From: Candidatus Woesearchaeota archaeon
GTDB lineage: Archaea; Nanobdellota; Nanobdellia; Woesearchaeales; UBA12501
Direction: 5' to 3'
DNA: 45,577 nucleotides
NCBI GenBank assembly: GCA_013331695.1
Contig: DUFX01000036.1
Coordinates: 1 to 45,577 of the forward strand
Part shown: one piece after another, positions 1 through 8,678 of the stretch
Layout: every line of letters begins with the position of its first letter
How positions within the stretch are numbered: position 1 is the stretch's first letter
Translations under genes and position numbers: made by a program
The notes under the pieces: generated by a model
What the model saw: the letters and a program-made list of their open reading frames with translations, nothing else
Told to the model about the DNA's origin: nothing
Databases searched by the model: none

Positions 1-1
1 C

Positions 2-3000
2 CCGATCAACCCAGACTTCTAGTCGTTGTTGAATCGGAGCAATCCCTTCTCGTGCAGGACCCGAGGCATCTACAAACTCTTCTGCTTCTATGCGGGCTAA
101 ATTATTTTTTACACGATCTTCTACAGGAGGTCTTTTCGCGATCGGGGGCAGAACAACCTCTTCTTTCGCAACAATTTCAACACGGAATGCTTCTTCTCCT
201 TCATCTCTCACAATTCTCTGCACGAGCTCTCGTGATGCAGCTTCGCGTATCGCTTCTTCTTGTTCTGCAACTCTTGCATACGCTGGTTCTCCGGGAGCAG
301 GTTGTACAAGCATATCTGCATGCGCTTCACCAAGCGAACTGGTTGCAGGTCTTCGTACATCGGCGCTTGCGAGTGTTCCTTTTGCATTGCCCAAAGGATC
401 GATCGGTGTTTTTCCTAGTGCGCCCTGCTGTGCTTCTTCCATTACTCTCAAACCCATTGCAGGTTCGCTTTGTGCAAGCGCTTCAGGAATCGTGTGGCGT
501 GCATCGGTTGCAGCTTGCACCAGTTTCTGCTCGTCAATGATATTTCCGCTTGCATCTTGGATCACGCGTCTTCCGTCAGGTGTAATAACACAAACCGAAC
601 AAGCAAAGGCAGGCTGTCCCTGAAGATTTGCCATGACTTCTTCAGCAAAGGCTTGTGCTTTCTCAAACGCTTGCTTGATCAGCGTTGGTTTTGCTGTTGC
701 CAGTTGTTCTCCTGGCTTTAACTTCGCTTGGAGCAATTTCTCAAAATAGGTTTCGGTTGCAGCTTCAATGTCCAAATGTTTCACATACTCTTTTTCTGCT
801 TCTTTCAAACGGTTTGCAGCTCCAAGAATTTCATTTCCATCATCGCTGGTTCTTGAAATCACAAACCAGTCGTCTGCAGCCTGCAAGACTTTTTGTTTCT
901 GCTCACGTGTTCCAGCTAAACCAAGACCTTCAACTTTTCGCATTGCTCCGCCCAATCCTGTGCGTTGCTGTTGGTAAGCTGTTTCTGCCTCTGCAATCAA
1001 TTGCATGCGGGGAAGGACTTCTTGTCGCAGGCGTTCAACTTCTGCAGCATTTTCCTCCCGCGTTGCACGAACCAATGCTGCTCGAGCATCAACTAGATTG
1101 TTGCCCGCATTATCAGCAAACTTGGGCTTGAATCCATCAAATGCAAGATCTTTACGTGCAAAATCTACGACGCTTTCAACACCTCGAGAAACTACTTCCA
1201 GACCTTTTTTCAATGGTTGAAGCGCTTCACCTACCGGTTGTACAGTTGCACCTATTGCTTGCGTCACCGGTCTTATTTTATCTCCCGTTGCTGTTGCAAC
1301 TTTCACGAGTTTTTCAACGGTTCCTAGTTTCTCAGCTCGTCTTGCGAGTTGTACTGCATCAACAGCATCTTCTACAGCGTCAACAGCTCGCGCAAGTCTG
1401 ACTGCTCCTGCTCCTACTTTCACCGCAAGCCCTACAAAATCAAGCGGAGCAGTGAGATCAAGTCCTTTTGCCCCCACTTCTTTTCCAATGGTTCGTTGAG
1501 AAACCTTCCAGGAAAGCTCAGGCGTAAGTCCGATCTCCATCATATTGTCTTCTGCTTCTTTCAGAGCTTGCTGGAGTCGTTGATAGTCCGCAATCTTTCC
1601 ACGTGTGGGGCTGTATTTTTGTTGAAGCTCAACCAGTTTATCGTATGCAGCAGCAGGATCATTATGCGTTCTCAAAATCAAATCATCAATGTCGCGCATA
1701 TCTCTATCAAACAGTTCGTTGACATTCATTTCATGCCCTTCTGCAATGCGCGCATCATAGCGGAGATATCTGCTGTGGAACTGCGCCATGTCTCCAAGAT
1801 TAATTTCATCTTGTTCACCTCTTTCTTCTTCGCCTGCAAAACCAAAGGTCTCTCCCAAGGTTTCGCGCATCTGCTCACGACTCATTGTTCGAATTTGGTT
1901 TAAGCTGTACCCTTTTTTAGTCAGCAGCAAGGTAGCATACGCTGCATCACGGAGTTTGCGTGCTTCATCAGCAGCCATGCCTTCATAGCGTTTATCGAGC
2001 TCTTCCCAACTTACACCTTCAACTTTTGCTAGGGCATACAGGGAAAGCTGGCCAAGGAGATCATATTCTCGCTCAAGCGCTTCTTCAGAATTTTGATGGA
2101 CTACTTCTCTAACTTGTTCATTGAGTTTTTCAAACGTTGCCTGTGCAATGGCTTGGTCAACCAGCTCCTGTTTTCCTTTCATCGTTTCTGCTCGTAATAC
2201 AGGATCCTGGATCTGGTTTGCAAAAGCGAGTGCTTTATTGACTAAATTTGCCCGAGTTTCTTCATCAAGATTTCTTTGATCTGCCTGCTTCAGTGTTGCT
2301 TCTGCTCTCAGCATGTTTGCTTGATCGTCATCTGCTGTTGCCTGCACCAGACGGTCAGCGTAGAGCATTTCATCGTCATGTTTTCCAAGATCGCCGCTTA
2401 TCTTTGCAAGAACTACATAGTCTCCGTTGTATTTCTGCTGAATCTTAATAATCTCTTCCCCGCGTGCTGCATTTTGAGCTTCGATCTGAGCAATCTTTTC
2501 TCGTAGCGCTGCAAATTTCCAAGGAGGAACATCTTTTTCTTCTTCATTTCTTCTCGTGAGCGCATCAATCTGTGCTTTGATTCTCATAATCTGATTCTTT
2601 CCAACGTTGTTGTCATCAGAAATCCGCTGTGCCTTTATTCTATCTTGACCAATCTGTGCAAGTTCTTCATGAGGACGCTTCTCTAAGGGTTGATTTCTTT
2701 CAGCAGCCAGAGCCTGGCTTTCGAAAAGGCGCTGTTCTTCCAAATCTTGTCTCGTGAGTTCAGCAACCTCGCCTGCAAGTCGATCAAATTCTTTTTTGTT
2801 GCGCAGGATTGCGCGATCGAGTTCTTTGGTTGATTTCCCGTCTGCGCGTGCTCCGGCGGCAAGTGCCCGATACAAAGCGTTTTGTGCTTTAAGATCTTCC
2901 TGCATTAATGTCCGCTGTTCAGCTGCAAGTTTCAACGACGCTCCGACAGCCCTTGTACATGCTTCATTCAAGCATCGTCCATCAGGCCCTATTTTTGCTT

Positions 3001-4981
3001 CTGCATCAAACATTGTTCGCAGTTCTTTTTGCAGTTCCGTATGCATACCTTTCTTTCCGGTTTGCAGTCTAAAGCTTTGATCCAGCTGGCTTACATATTC
3101 TTGATTATCCAAATGTTCGAAATCAATGCCGGTGTGATAACGCTGAGGATTTCCTAGTAAATCTTTTCCTTTGAAGACAATACCCACCGCTTTCGTTTTT
3201 CCATTCACAGTTTCCTCATAGCGTCCGATGCCTGATTTTCCAACACCAAGGTACGTTTCTTCTCCTTCCACTCTTGTAAGGATGTCATGATCAAATCCTA
3301 GCTCAGTTCCTTTCACATCCATCAATGCTGCAAGATTCTGCAGGCTTGCTTGAGGAATATCCCCTTTCAGTTTTCCTTCGGTTGCATCATAATAGTATTC
3401 CATGGTCAGAGATGTTCCTAAAATGGTTCTTCCACGAGGAAGATCCATTCCCTCTTCACCTCCCACTTCTTCAAGTTCTAGCTCATCGCGTATTTTTTCC
3501 AGCGCAGCTTCCCTGCCAAAGACCACAACCTGCTTTTGAATCGTCACTGCAGCCTCTGCGGTTTGCTCGCATCCTTCGCACGAAACACTGAACACATCCT
3601 GACCTCTTGTTGTCGGAGGTGTTTTCACCAGTTTCGCATGCTCTTGGGTTGTCTCAGCTGTAACTTGAAGATCTTTATAGACCGCATGCCCCTGCATGGT
3701 GAAGCGTTCGTTTGGATTTTCTTTTGCGTTGTCAGTGGTATAATCAAAAATTGCATCATCTTCTTTTCCTGTGAACACAGGTTTGTCAGGATCAGCACCA
3801 AGAACCAAAGATCCATCCATCTTGTAGTTTCGCACTTCCACTTTTCCCTTTACATAGACATTAATCGAAGCTCCATCGGTTTTAATCCAAACTTCTGCCT
3901 GTTGTTCTTGTGATGCTCCTGGTGGATTTTCTCGGAGTCCTTTCGCAATCTGTTCTGCTTGATCATCTCTCACCGCAGGGGGGGTATGTTGTGATTCGGT
4001 GCTGAATGCATCGAGATGGGTTAAGACAAATTTACCAGCTTCACGAGACTGTCCTTGTGAAATGGTTCCCACACCCGTTCTTTTATCTACAAGGGTTGTT
4101 TCTTTTCCATCAAATCCATACGTGTACACTTCTTTTTTGCCAACGGTCTGAAAGCGTCCATCTACAAAGATCGCATCCGTATTCATCACTGCATTATCTG
4201 CTTTGATATTGCCTTGTGCATCAACACCTAAGATTCCTTCGCGATTTTCAAAGCGCATTTCTTGTCCATCAACCGTCAAGGTTCCGCTGGCTTGTCCTTC
4301 AACAATCATGCTTTCCTGTGTCACAATAACCTTTGCGTCACCGCTTGGCTCGATAATATGCTCTCTTCCCTGTTTATCTTTGACAAACAGCACGTTATCC
4401 TGCATGCGTGTTGCTTCAACGTTGTCGCCTTTCAATGCCAGTGTGTGTTCAGCATCTTCTTTTTTGTATTGGATATGGAATCCATCAGCTACAGCAGTGA
4501 TCCCGATTACTTGGCGATTGTTTTCATAATCCTTCAGATTGATAGGAACTCCTCCTGACGTTAAGGTTTCCTTTGCAGGATCGTAGACGACATTTCCTGC
4601 AGAAGCATCAAACTGATAGTTTGCTTTATAGCGCTGGCTGAAATAAGATTGTGCACCCTCACGTGCTTGCTGAATCATGCCGGGAGTTTGGAAATATTGC
4701 TGGCTTGCTTGCAGATCTCGTCCTGCATTTGAGGGATTGTTGAAGTATCTCAGATCCAGTGCTCCATTTTTTCCAATATTCGCATGATTTTGATAGTAAA
4801 GGGTTGCAAGCTGGTCTGTATATTGCGTGGTTAAGTATCGCTCTTGATCTTCCGGCTTCAAGTTCTTGAAATCTTGTTCGCTGAGATGTTCTCCGGGTTG
4901 TGGTTGTTGATCTTTCTCTTCAAGAGCGAACGTAGAGAACGATAACCCTGCCAACAGCATGCAAACTATTAAAATCCACAT
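2..4981 (-). CDS. giant secreted protein, 3' end beyond the window edge (at least 1660 aa)
   Basis: Absent from the ORF track because it has no stop inside the window. Hand translation of the minus strand from the ATG at 4981-4979 (MWILIVCMLLAGLSFSTFALEEKDQQ..., signal-peptide-like) stays open to position 2. I checked the frame at 4561, at 3061 and at the window start. The plus-strand ORFs at 52-4558 are short, overlapping and L/S/R/C-rich, as expected for antisense shadows. The N-terminal third looks beta-rich, followed by a long A/E/K/Q-rich helical region. No catalytic motif recognised. Confidence 0.75.
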   Translation of the reverse strand, partial: MWILIVCMLLAGLSFSTFALEEKDQQPQPGEHLSEQDFKNLKPEDQERYLTTQYTDQLATLYYQNHANIGKNGALDLRYFNNPSNAGRDLQASQQYFQTPGMIQQAREGAQSYFSQRYKANYQFDASAGNVVYDPAKETLTSGGVPINLKDYENNRQVIGITAVADGFHIQYKKEDAEHTLALKGDNVEATRMQDNVLFVKDKQGREHIIEPSGDAKVIVTQESMIVEGQASGTLTVDGQEMRFENREGILGVDAQGNIKADNAVMNTDAIFVDGRFQTVGKKEVYTYGFDGKETTLVDKRTGVGTISQGQSREAGKFVLTHLDAFSTESQHTPPAVRDDQAEQIAKGLRENPPGASQEQQAEVWIKTDGASINVYVKGKVEVRNYKMDGSLVLGADPDKPVFTGKEDDAIFDYTTDNAKENPNERFTMQGHAVYKDLQVTAETTQEHAKLVKTPPTTRGQDVFSVSCEGCEQTAEAAVTIQKQVVVFGREAALEKIRDELELEEVGGEEGMDLPRGRTILGTSLTMEYYYDATEGKLKGDIPQASLQNLAALMDVKGTELGFDHDILTRVEGEETYLGVGKSGIGRYEETVNGKTKAVGIVFKGKDLLGNPQRYHTGIDFEHLDNQEYVSQLDQSFRLQTGKKGMHTELQKELRTMFDAEAKIGPDGRCLNEACTRAVGASLKLAAEQRTLMQEDLKAQNALYRALAAGARADGKSTKELDRAILRNKKEFDRLAGEVAELTRQDLEEQRLFESQALAAERNQPLEKRPHEELAQIGQDRIKAQRISDDNNVGKNQIMRIKAQIDALTRRNEEEKDVPPWKFAALREKIAQIEAQNAARGEEIIKIQQKYNGDYVVLAKISGDLGKHDDEMLYADRLVQATADDDQANMLRAEATLKQADQRNLDEETRANLVNKALAFANQIQDPVLRAETMKGKQELVDQAIAQATFEKLNEQVREVVHQNSEEALEREYDLLGQLSLYALAKVEGVSWEELDKRYEGMAADEARKLRDAAYATLLLTKKGYSLNQIRTMSREQMRETLGETFGFAGEEERGEQDEINLGDMAQFHSRYLRYDARIAEGHEMNVNELFDRDMRDIDDLILRTHNDPAAAYDKLVELQQKYSPTRGKIADYQRLQQALKEAEDNMMEIGLTPELSWKVSQRTIGKEVGAKGLDLTAPLDFVGLAVKVGAGAVRLARAVDAVEDAVDAVQLARRAEKLGTVEKLVKVATATGDKIRPVTQAIGATVQPVGEALQPLKKGLEVVSRGVESVVDFARKDLAFDGFKPKFADNAGNNLVDARAALVRATREENAAEVERLRQEVLPRMQLIAEAETAYQQQRTGLGGAMRKVEGLGLAGTREQKQKVLQAADDWFVISRTSDDGNEILGAANRLKEAEKEYVKHLDIEAATETYFEKLLQAKLKPGEQLATAKPTLIKQAFEKAQAFAEEVMANLQGQPAFACSVCVITPDGRRVIQDASGNIIDEQKLVQAATDARHTIPEALAQSEPAMGLRVMEEAQQGALGKTPIDPLGNAKGTLASADVRRPATSSLGEAHADMLVQPAPGEPAYARVAEQEEAIREAASRELVQRIVRDEGEEAFRVEIVAKEEVVLPPIAKRPPVEDRVKNNLARIEAEEFVDASGPAREGIAPIQQRLEVWVDR

Positions 4982-5033
4982 AACTACTCTTTCCTTTCCT
5001 CTTTCCTTTCTTTGGGAGTTATTCATTTGTTGG

Positions 5034-6119
5034 TTATTCAACATAAAAGATCGCTCGTTCTTGCGTGCTTAATCCTCGCGTGTCGCTCGCTCGAATTACC
5101 ACTGCTTTTCTTCCCTTGATCTGCGGTGTAAAACTGAAGATTCCATCGGGATTGATGGGAATTTCAGGATTGTCGGAAACAAACAGGACTGCATCCCCTT
5201 CTTTATCAAAGGCTTCCAGTTCGTACTCAAATTTTACACCCTTCTTTAACGTAAAATCCTTGAGATTTTTGATGCGAGGTGCCGTGTTGCTTCGTGATTG
5301 TCTTTCACTGATCGTATTTTTTACAGCAAACCAGAAGATGAACGGAGCCTTGTTGTTCAGTTTGGTTTTCTCGTCATAGATTGAGTATGCAGTGCTCTCT
5401 TCATCATACGCAATGATTGAGATTATGACATCATATGCTTTGTTCAAATTCATAAAGTCAGAGAGATGCGATTTCTCAGGTTCAACAGCAATAAGATTGC
5501 TCATTTTTTCTGCAATTTCAAGTATGGTTCCTAATCGAAGCGGAATGGTTTTTGAAAGCGCGCCAAGGAGTTGCTCTCCTTCTTCTGTAATAATTTGCAC
5601 AGGGTAGTTTACCGCAATCGTGACCTCATCTTTTTTAATAAAGGCCTGTGCCCGCGGTTCTTTTTCTTGGATAACGATTCCTTGTGCAGTAAACTCGCCC
5701 CAGTCCGTGCATAAGGGAAGATTCTTTTCAATATAATGTGCGAGTTGTTCCTGCATCTCAACCAGGGGCGGCATGGTCTTCTGGCCTTCGATCACATAAT
5801 ACGGAAGCACACGCTCCTGCGTCAGGAGATTTTTCTCAAACATAGCAGGCTGTTTAAATTCCGCATCGTCATAGAATCTTCCTCCCTGGTGGCCAAACAA
5901 GTACAGCCCTGGAATAAGGATTTGTTCAAGACACTCCTGGACATAGACTTCAACTTGATGTTTGATTTGGTAGTTCTCGCTTTGTTTGTCTTCAACTTGC
6001 GTTTGGTCTGAGAAATAATACCATGCAACACCTACCAAAATCAAGAGGATCAGGCCTAGGATGATAAAGACGGTGACTTGTGCTTTTTTGTTTGCTTGAG
6101 TTTGTTTTGTTTGATTCAT
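5034..6119 (-). CDS. membrane-anchored hypothetical protein with a C-terminal Ig/cadherin-like beta domain
   Basis: 361-aa ORF with an ATG start. N-terminal TM helix (VTVFIILGLILLILVGVAWYYF). The C-terminal ~80 aa (FEYELEAFDKEGDAVLFVSDNPEIPINPDGIFSFTP...RASD) resembles cadherin-like/Ig-like repeats. Its start overlaps the stop of the upstream RHH gene by 4 nt. Confidence 0.7.
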   Translation of the reverse strand: MNQTKQTQANKKAQVTVFIILGLILLILVGVAWYYFSDQTQVEDKQSENYQIKHQVEVYVQECLEQILIPGLYLFGHQGGRFYDDAEFKQPAMFEKNLLTQERVLPYYVIEGQKTMPPLVEMQEQLAHYIEKNLPLCTDWGEFTAQGIVIQEKEPRAQAFIKKDEVTIAVNYPVQIITEEGEQLLGALSKTIPLRLGTILEIAEKMSNLIAVEPEKSHLSDFMNLNKAYDVIISIIAYDEESTAYSIYDEKTKLNNKAPFIFWFAVKNTISERQSRSNTAPRIKNLKDFTLKKGVKFEYELEAFDKEGDAVLFVSDNPEIPINPDGIFSFTPQIKGRKAVVIRASDTRGLSTQERAIFYVE

Positions 6120-6379
6120 ATACTTCCTCTGTCTCTCATGGTGTTGACTCCTTGTTTCTTACACTGTTTCTTGAGCAGTTCAAGGGCCTGTTCTTTGGTT
6201 TTAGAAGAAGGGGGTAATCTTGCAATATCTCTAAGAATCTCGTCTTGTTCAAGCTGCAGTAATTTTTCTCGAATCGCATCACGAATAAGCTCGGTTCGGG
6301 TGCTATACCGGTTTTTGATGAGTCTTTCATCTACTTCACTCAGAATTTTGTCCTCGAGCTTCAAGCTGATAATTTTCAA
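6116..6379 (-). CDS. ribbon-helix-helix (CopG/Arc/MetJ-type) DNA-binding protein
   Basis: 87 aa. The N-terminus, (M)KIISLKLEDKILSEVDERLIKNRYSTRTELIRDAIREKL, fits the RHH beta-strand plus two-helix pattern. The start codon is TTG. The TATA-like CTTTAAATAA (rc of 6405-6414) lies 26 nt upstream. It overlaps the next gene by 4 nt, which suggests one operon. Confidence 0.6.
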   Translation of the reverse strand: MKIISLKLEDKILSEVDERLIKNRYSTRTELIRDAIREKLLQLEQDEILRDIARLPPSSKTKEQALELLKKQCKKQGVNTMRDRGSI

Positions 6380-6404
6380 GGTAATACTATGTATATACTA
6401 AGTA

Positions 6405-6414
6405 TTATTTAAAG
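6405..6414 (-). promoter_or_regulatory. TATA box for the RHH / membrane protein / giant protein operon
   Basis: The minus strand reads CTTTAAATAA, 26 nt upstream of the TTG start at 6379. This fits a leaderless archaeal promoter. Confidence 0.45.
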
Positions 6415-6488
6415 ATTGAGGTGTTTTGGGCTCAAAAGGGCTCTGACAGGGTTAAACCCTATTTTTTTGAGAATTTTGTGTTACAACC

Positions 6489-6773
6489 TCATATGTCACT
6501 GGCGATATCCAACATTTTCTTAATGAAGATCTCTATCTCTTTTAATTTTTCTTTATCTTTATTCAAAGAGATTTGAAGACCATAGGAAGCTGGTTTTGTG
6601 ATAATCCAACCCTCTTTAATCAATTCTTGGCAGATCTTTTTTACATCTTTTCCAAGATGCGAAGGAAATCCACACGTTACGGTGTCGAAGGGTGTGTGCA
6701 CCCCGCCAAGAATCTTCTTTCTGCGAAGATGATACAGAATCGTTGCCTTTATTTTGTCTTCTTCAGTGATCAT
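6489..6773 (-). CDS. small hypothetical protein, possible winged-helix
   Basis: Internal ATG of the 151-aa track ORF (MITEEDKIKATILYHLRRKKILGG...KEGWIITKPASYGLQISLN). An AT-rich TATA-like sequence (rc of ~6797-6808) lies ~25 nt upstream. The longer N-terminal extension overlaps the divergent promoter and looks non-coding. Confidence 0.45.
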   Translation of the reverse strand: MITEEDKIKATILYHLRRKKILGGVHTPFDTVTCGFPSHLGKDVKKICQELIKEGWIITKPASYGLQISLNKDKEKLKEIEIFIKKMLDIASDI

Positions 6774-6842
6774 CAAAGAGGTGAATCCTTGTTCATTTTT
6801 AAATATTCTTATTTTTGAAATATAAAAACATAAAGAGAAACA

Positions 6843-6850
6843 TTTATATA
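6843..6850 (+). promoter_or_regulatory. TATA box (TTTATATA) for the 6874 gene
   Basis: TTTATATA lies 24 nt upstream of the ATG at 6874. Confidence 0.5.
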
Positions 6851-6873
6851 CTTGGTATACGCGATGGACCCTC

Positions 6874-7197
6874 ATGGAACCAGAAACCGTATTCGTCGAA
6901 ATTTTTGGAAAGAATCCATTAATGAGAATACTTGATTTTCTCATTACGTATCAAGCTTTTGACTACCCCCTTACCGAAATAGCCAAAAATGCAGGGGTCA
7001 GTTACTCTACACTTCAAACCTTTTGGGGAAATCTCGAGAAAAATGGTATCGTGATCAAAACACGTCGTGTCGGGAAATCAGATCTCTTTAAATTAAACAC
7101 CAAGAATCCGGCTGTAAAACAGTTAATCAAACTTGATTGGAATCTGATTAAAGGATCTGATGAAGTTGAAGATCGAGAAATCGAACTCGTTCACTAA
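6874..7197 (+). CDS. winged-helix transcriptional regulator
   Basis: 107 aa. ILDFLITYQAFDYPLTEIAKNAGVSYSTLQTFWGNLEKNGIVIKTRRVGKSDLFKLN fits an HTH, a wing and a beta hairpin. Confidence 0.65.
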   Translation: MEPETVFVEIFGKNPLMRILDFLITYQAFDYPLTEIAKNAGVSYSTLQTFWGNLEKNGIVIKTRRVGKSDLFKLNTKNPAVKQLIKLDWNLIKGSDEVEDREIELVH

Positions 7198-7286
7198 TCC
7201 ACCTTTATGCTGGAGCTTGGCATGGAAGAATTCTAGACCTCTTCTCTCTGTCCATTCTTACAACTTTTTATCGTAAAACAACAACA

Positions 7287-7294
7287 TTTATATA
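7287..7294 (+). promoter_or_regulatory. TATA box (TTTATATA) for vapBC
   Basis: TTTATATA lies 26 nt upstream of the ATG at 7320. This argues against the track start at 7299. Confidence 0.5.
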
Positions 7295-7319
7295 TTATAT
7301 GTTGTATATAGTATACACT

Positions 7320-7559
7320 ATGGCAATTGCGCAGGTCACACAGGCAGGGAACGTCTTTATTCCTAAACAATGGCGCGAGGAACTCGGCATTATACTTAAC
7401 AGTAGTGTTCTCCTGGAAAAGAAGAACCATTGCATCATTATTCAGCCTTTAAGGAAAAAAAATCTCCAAGATGCATTCAAAGACATTGACGAAGAGATCA
7501 AAAGAAAGAAAATTCACTTTACACTTAAAGAAGCTATCCAGGATGATTTCTATGGTTAA
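7320..7559 (+). CDS. vapB: AbrB/SpoVT-fold antitoxin (VapB-like)
   Basis: MAIAQVTQAGNVFIPKQWREELGI...IIIQPL matches the swapped-hairpin AbrB/SpoVT signature. The gene is small and its stop overlaps the PIN gene start (tATGGTTAA). Confidence 0.7.
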   Translation: MAIAQVTQAGNVFIPKQWREELGIILNSSVLLEKKNHCIIIQPLRKKNLQDAFKDIDEEIKRKKIHFTLKEAIQDDFYG

Positions 7560-7917
7560 ATTTATTGACGCCAATATTTTTATTCAACGCTGGAGTAATC
7601 CTCAAATAGCAGCTTTTCTCAATACGCTTAATCCTGAAGAACATGCAACTTCAGTTCTTGTTCTTGCAGAAGTCTATGATAAAATGGAGCTCAAAAAACT
7701 GACCCACGCCTTTTCTTACATTCGTGGGCTTATGGGCGCTCTTACAGTTTTTCCCATTATCCAAGACGATCTTTTTTGGGCGATTAAGAATCCACTTCCT
7801 CTGCGTATCAATGATCGTTTACATCTCGCTGTTATGAAAAGAAACAATATACAGGTTCTTATCTCTTATGATGCCGATTTTGATCATGATAAAAGCATGA
7901 TACGAGAAGAGCTCTAA
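7552..7917 (+). CDS. vapC: PIN-domain toxin (VapC-like ribonuclease)
   Basis: MVKFIDANIFIQRW... carries the first PIN acidic residue near position 6. Later acidic positions are present (LAEVYDKM, SYDADFDH). 121 aa, translationally coupled to the upstream antitoxin. Confidence 0.75.
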   Translation: MVKFIDANIFIQRWSNPQIAAFLNTLNPEEHATSVLVLAEVYDKMELKKLTHAFSYIRGLMGALTVFPIIQDDLFWAIKNPLPLRINDRLHLAVMKRNNIQVLISYDADFDHDKSMIREEL

Positions 7918-7952
7918 AACAAATTCATTAACATTCATACGATATCAATTTC

Positions 7953-8573
7953 TTAATCGACCTTCACGCCCAACCCTTTCAACTCCTCCTTCACCTGTTC
8001 AGGGCTTTTAAAAAGAATTCCTTTGATTCCTACTTTAACTGCACCGTCAACATTCTCCTGTTTGTCATCAATAAAAACGACTTCTTCAGGTTTTCTCTCA
8101 AGACGTTGCAACAAAATCTCATAGATTTTCTGCTCAGGCTTTGCAGTGTGTTCTTCAAATGAAAAGACTTTCACGTCAAAGAGCTTTCCGAGATCTTTTT
8201 CTTTGAATACCTGTTCCATAGGTTTTTCTGCATTCGATAAAAATCCCACTTTATAATTCTGCTTGCGAAGTATCTCAATAAGAGCAAACATTTCAGGGAA
8301 GGGTTTATAGGCATATCGTAAAGCATTTGCATAGAGCGATTCGTTTTTTGAGAACCCCTTAGGCGCGATGTTCAAAGCTTTCCGGACGATTGTCCAGAAC
8401 TCATCTTCACTCATGGTTCCTTTATGCATCTCAACGGTATGTTGCCGGTATACGCTTCTCACTTCTTCAAGAGGCACGCCTAATTTTTCAGCCCAGTATT
8501 GATACATCCCCCTAGCTGGAGATTCAATCAACACCCCACCCCAGTCGAATACTACTGCTTTGATTGTCGTCAT
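7953..8573 (-). CDS. HAD-superfamily hydrolase (subfamily IA-like)
   Basis: AVVFDWGGVLIE is a motif I variant. FLSNA is motif II. VVFIDDKQENVDGA is motif III/IV. Confidence 0.85.
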   Translation of the reverse strand: MTTIKAVVFDWGGVLIESPARGMYQYWAEKLGVPLEEVRSVYRQHTVEMHKGTMSEDEFWTIVRKALNIAPKGFSKNESLYANALRYAYKPFPEMFALIEILRKQNYKVGFLSNAEKPMEQVFKEKDLGKLFDVKVFSFEEHTAKPEQKIYEILLQRLERKPEEVVFIDDKQENVDGAVKVGIKGILFKSPEQVKEELKGLGVKVD

Positions 8574-8678
8574 GTGTTGTTCAATAGAGGCAGTTCTATA
8601 TATCTTTTTCTCTTCTCTTTTCTCCCCCCTTCTTCTTCACCACTAACTTAATAAAGAGATTCCTGCTTCGTCAAGTTC

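Noticed and set aside
52-4558. A ladder of about 20 overlapping plus-strand ORFs (60-184 aa) in the supplied track.
   Set aside because: They overlap each other in different frames and have L/S/R/C/F-rich, low-complexity translations. They lie antisense to one uninterrupted minus-strand frame with a signal peptide. I treat them as shadow ORFs of the giant minus-strand gene.
6774-6944. 57-codon N-terminal extension of the small minus-strand ORF at 6489-6944.
   Set aside because: It runs through the divergent TATA-box region and overlaps the start of the 6874 gene. The internal ATG has a properly spaced TATA-like element.
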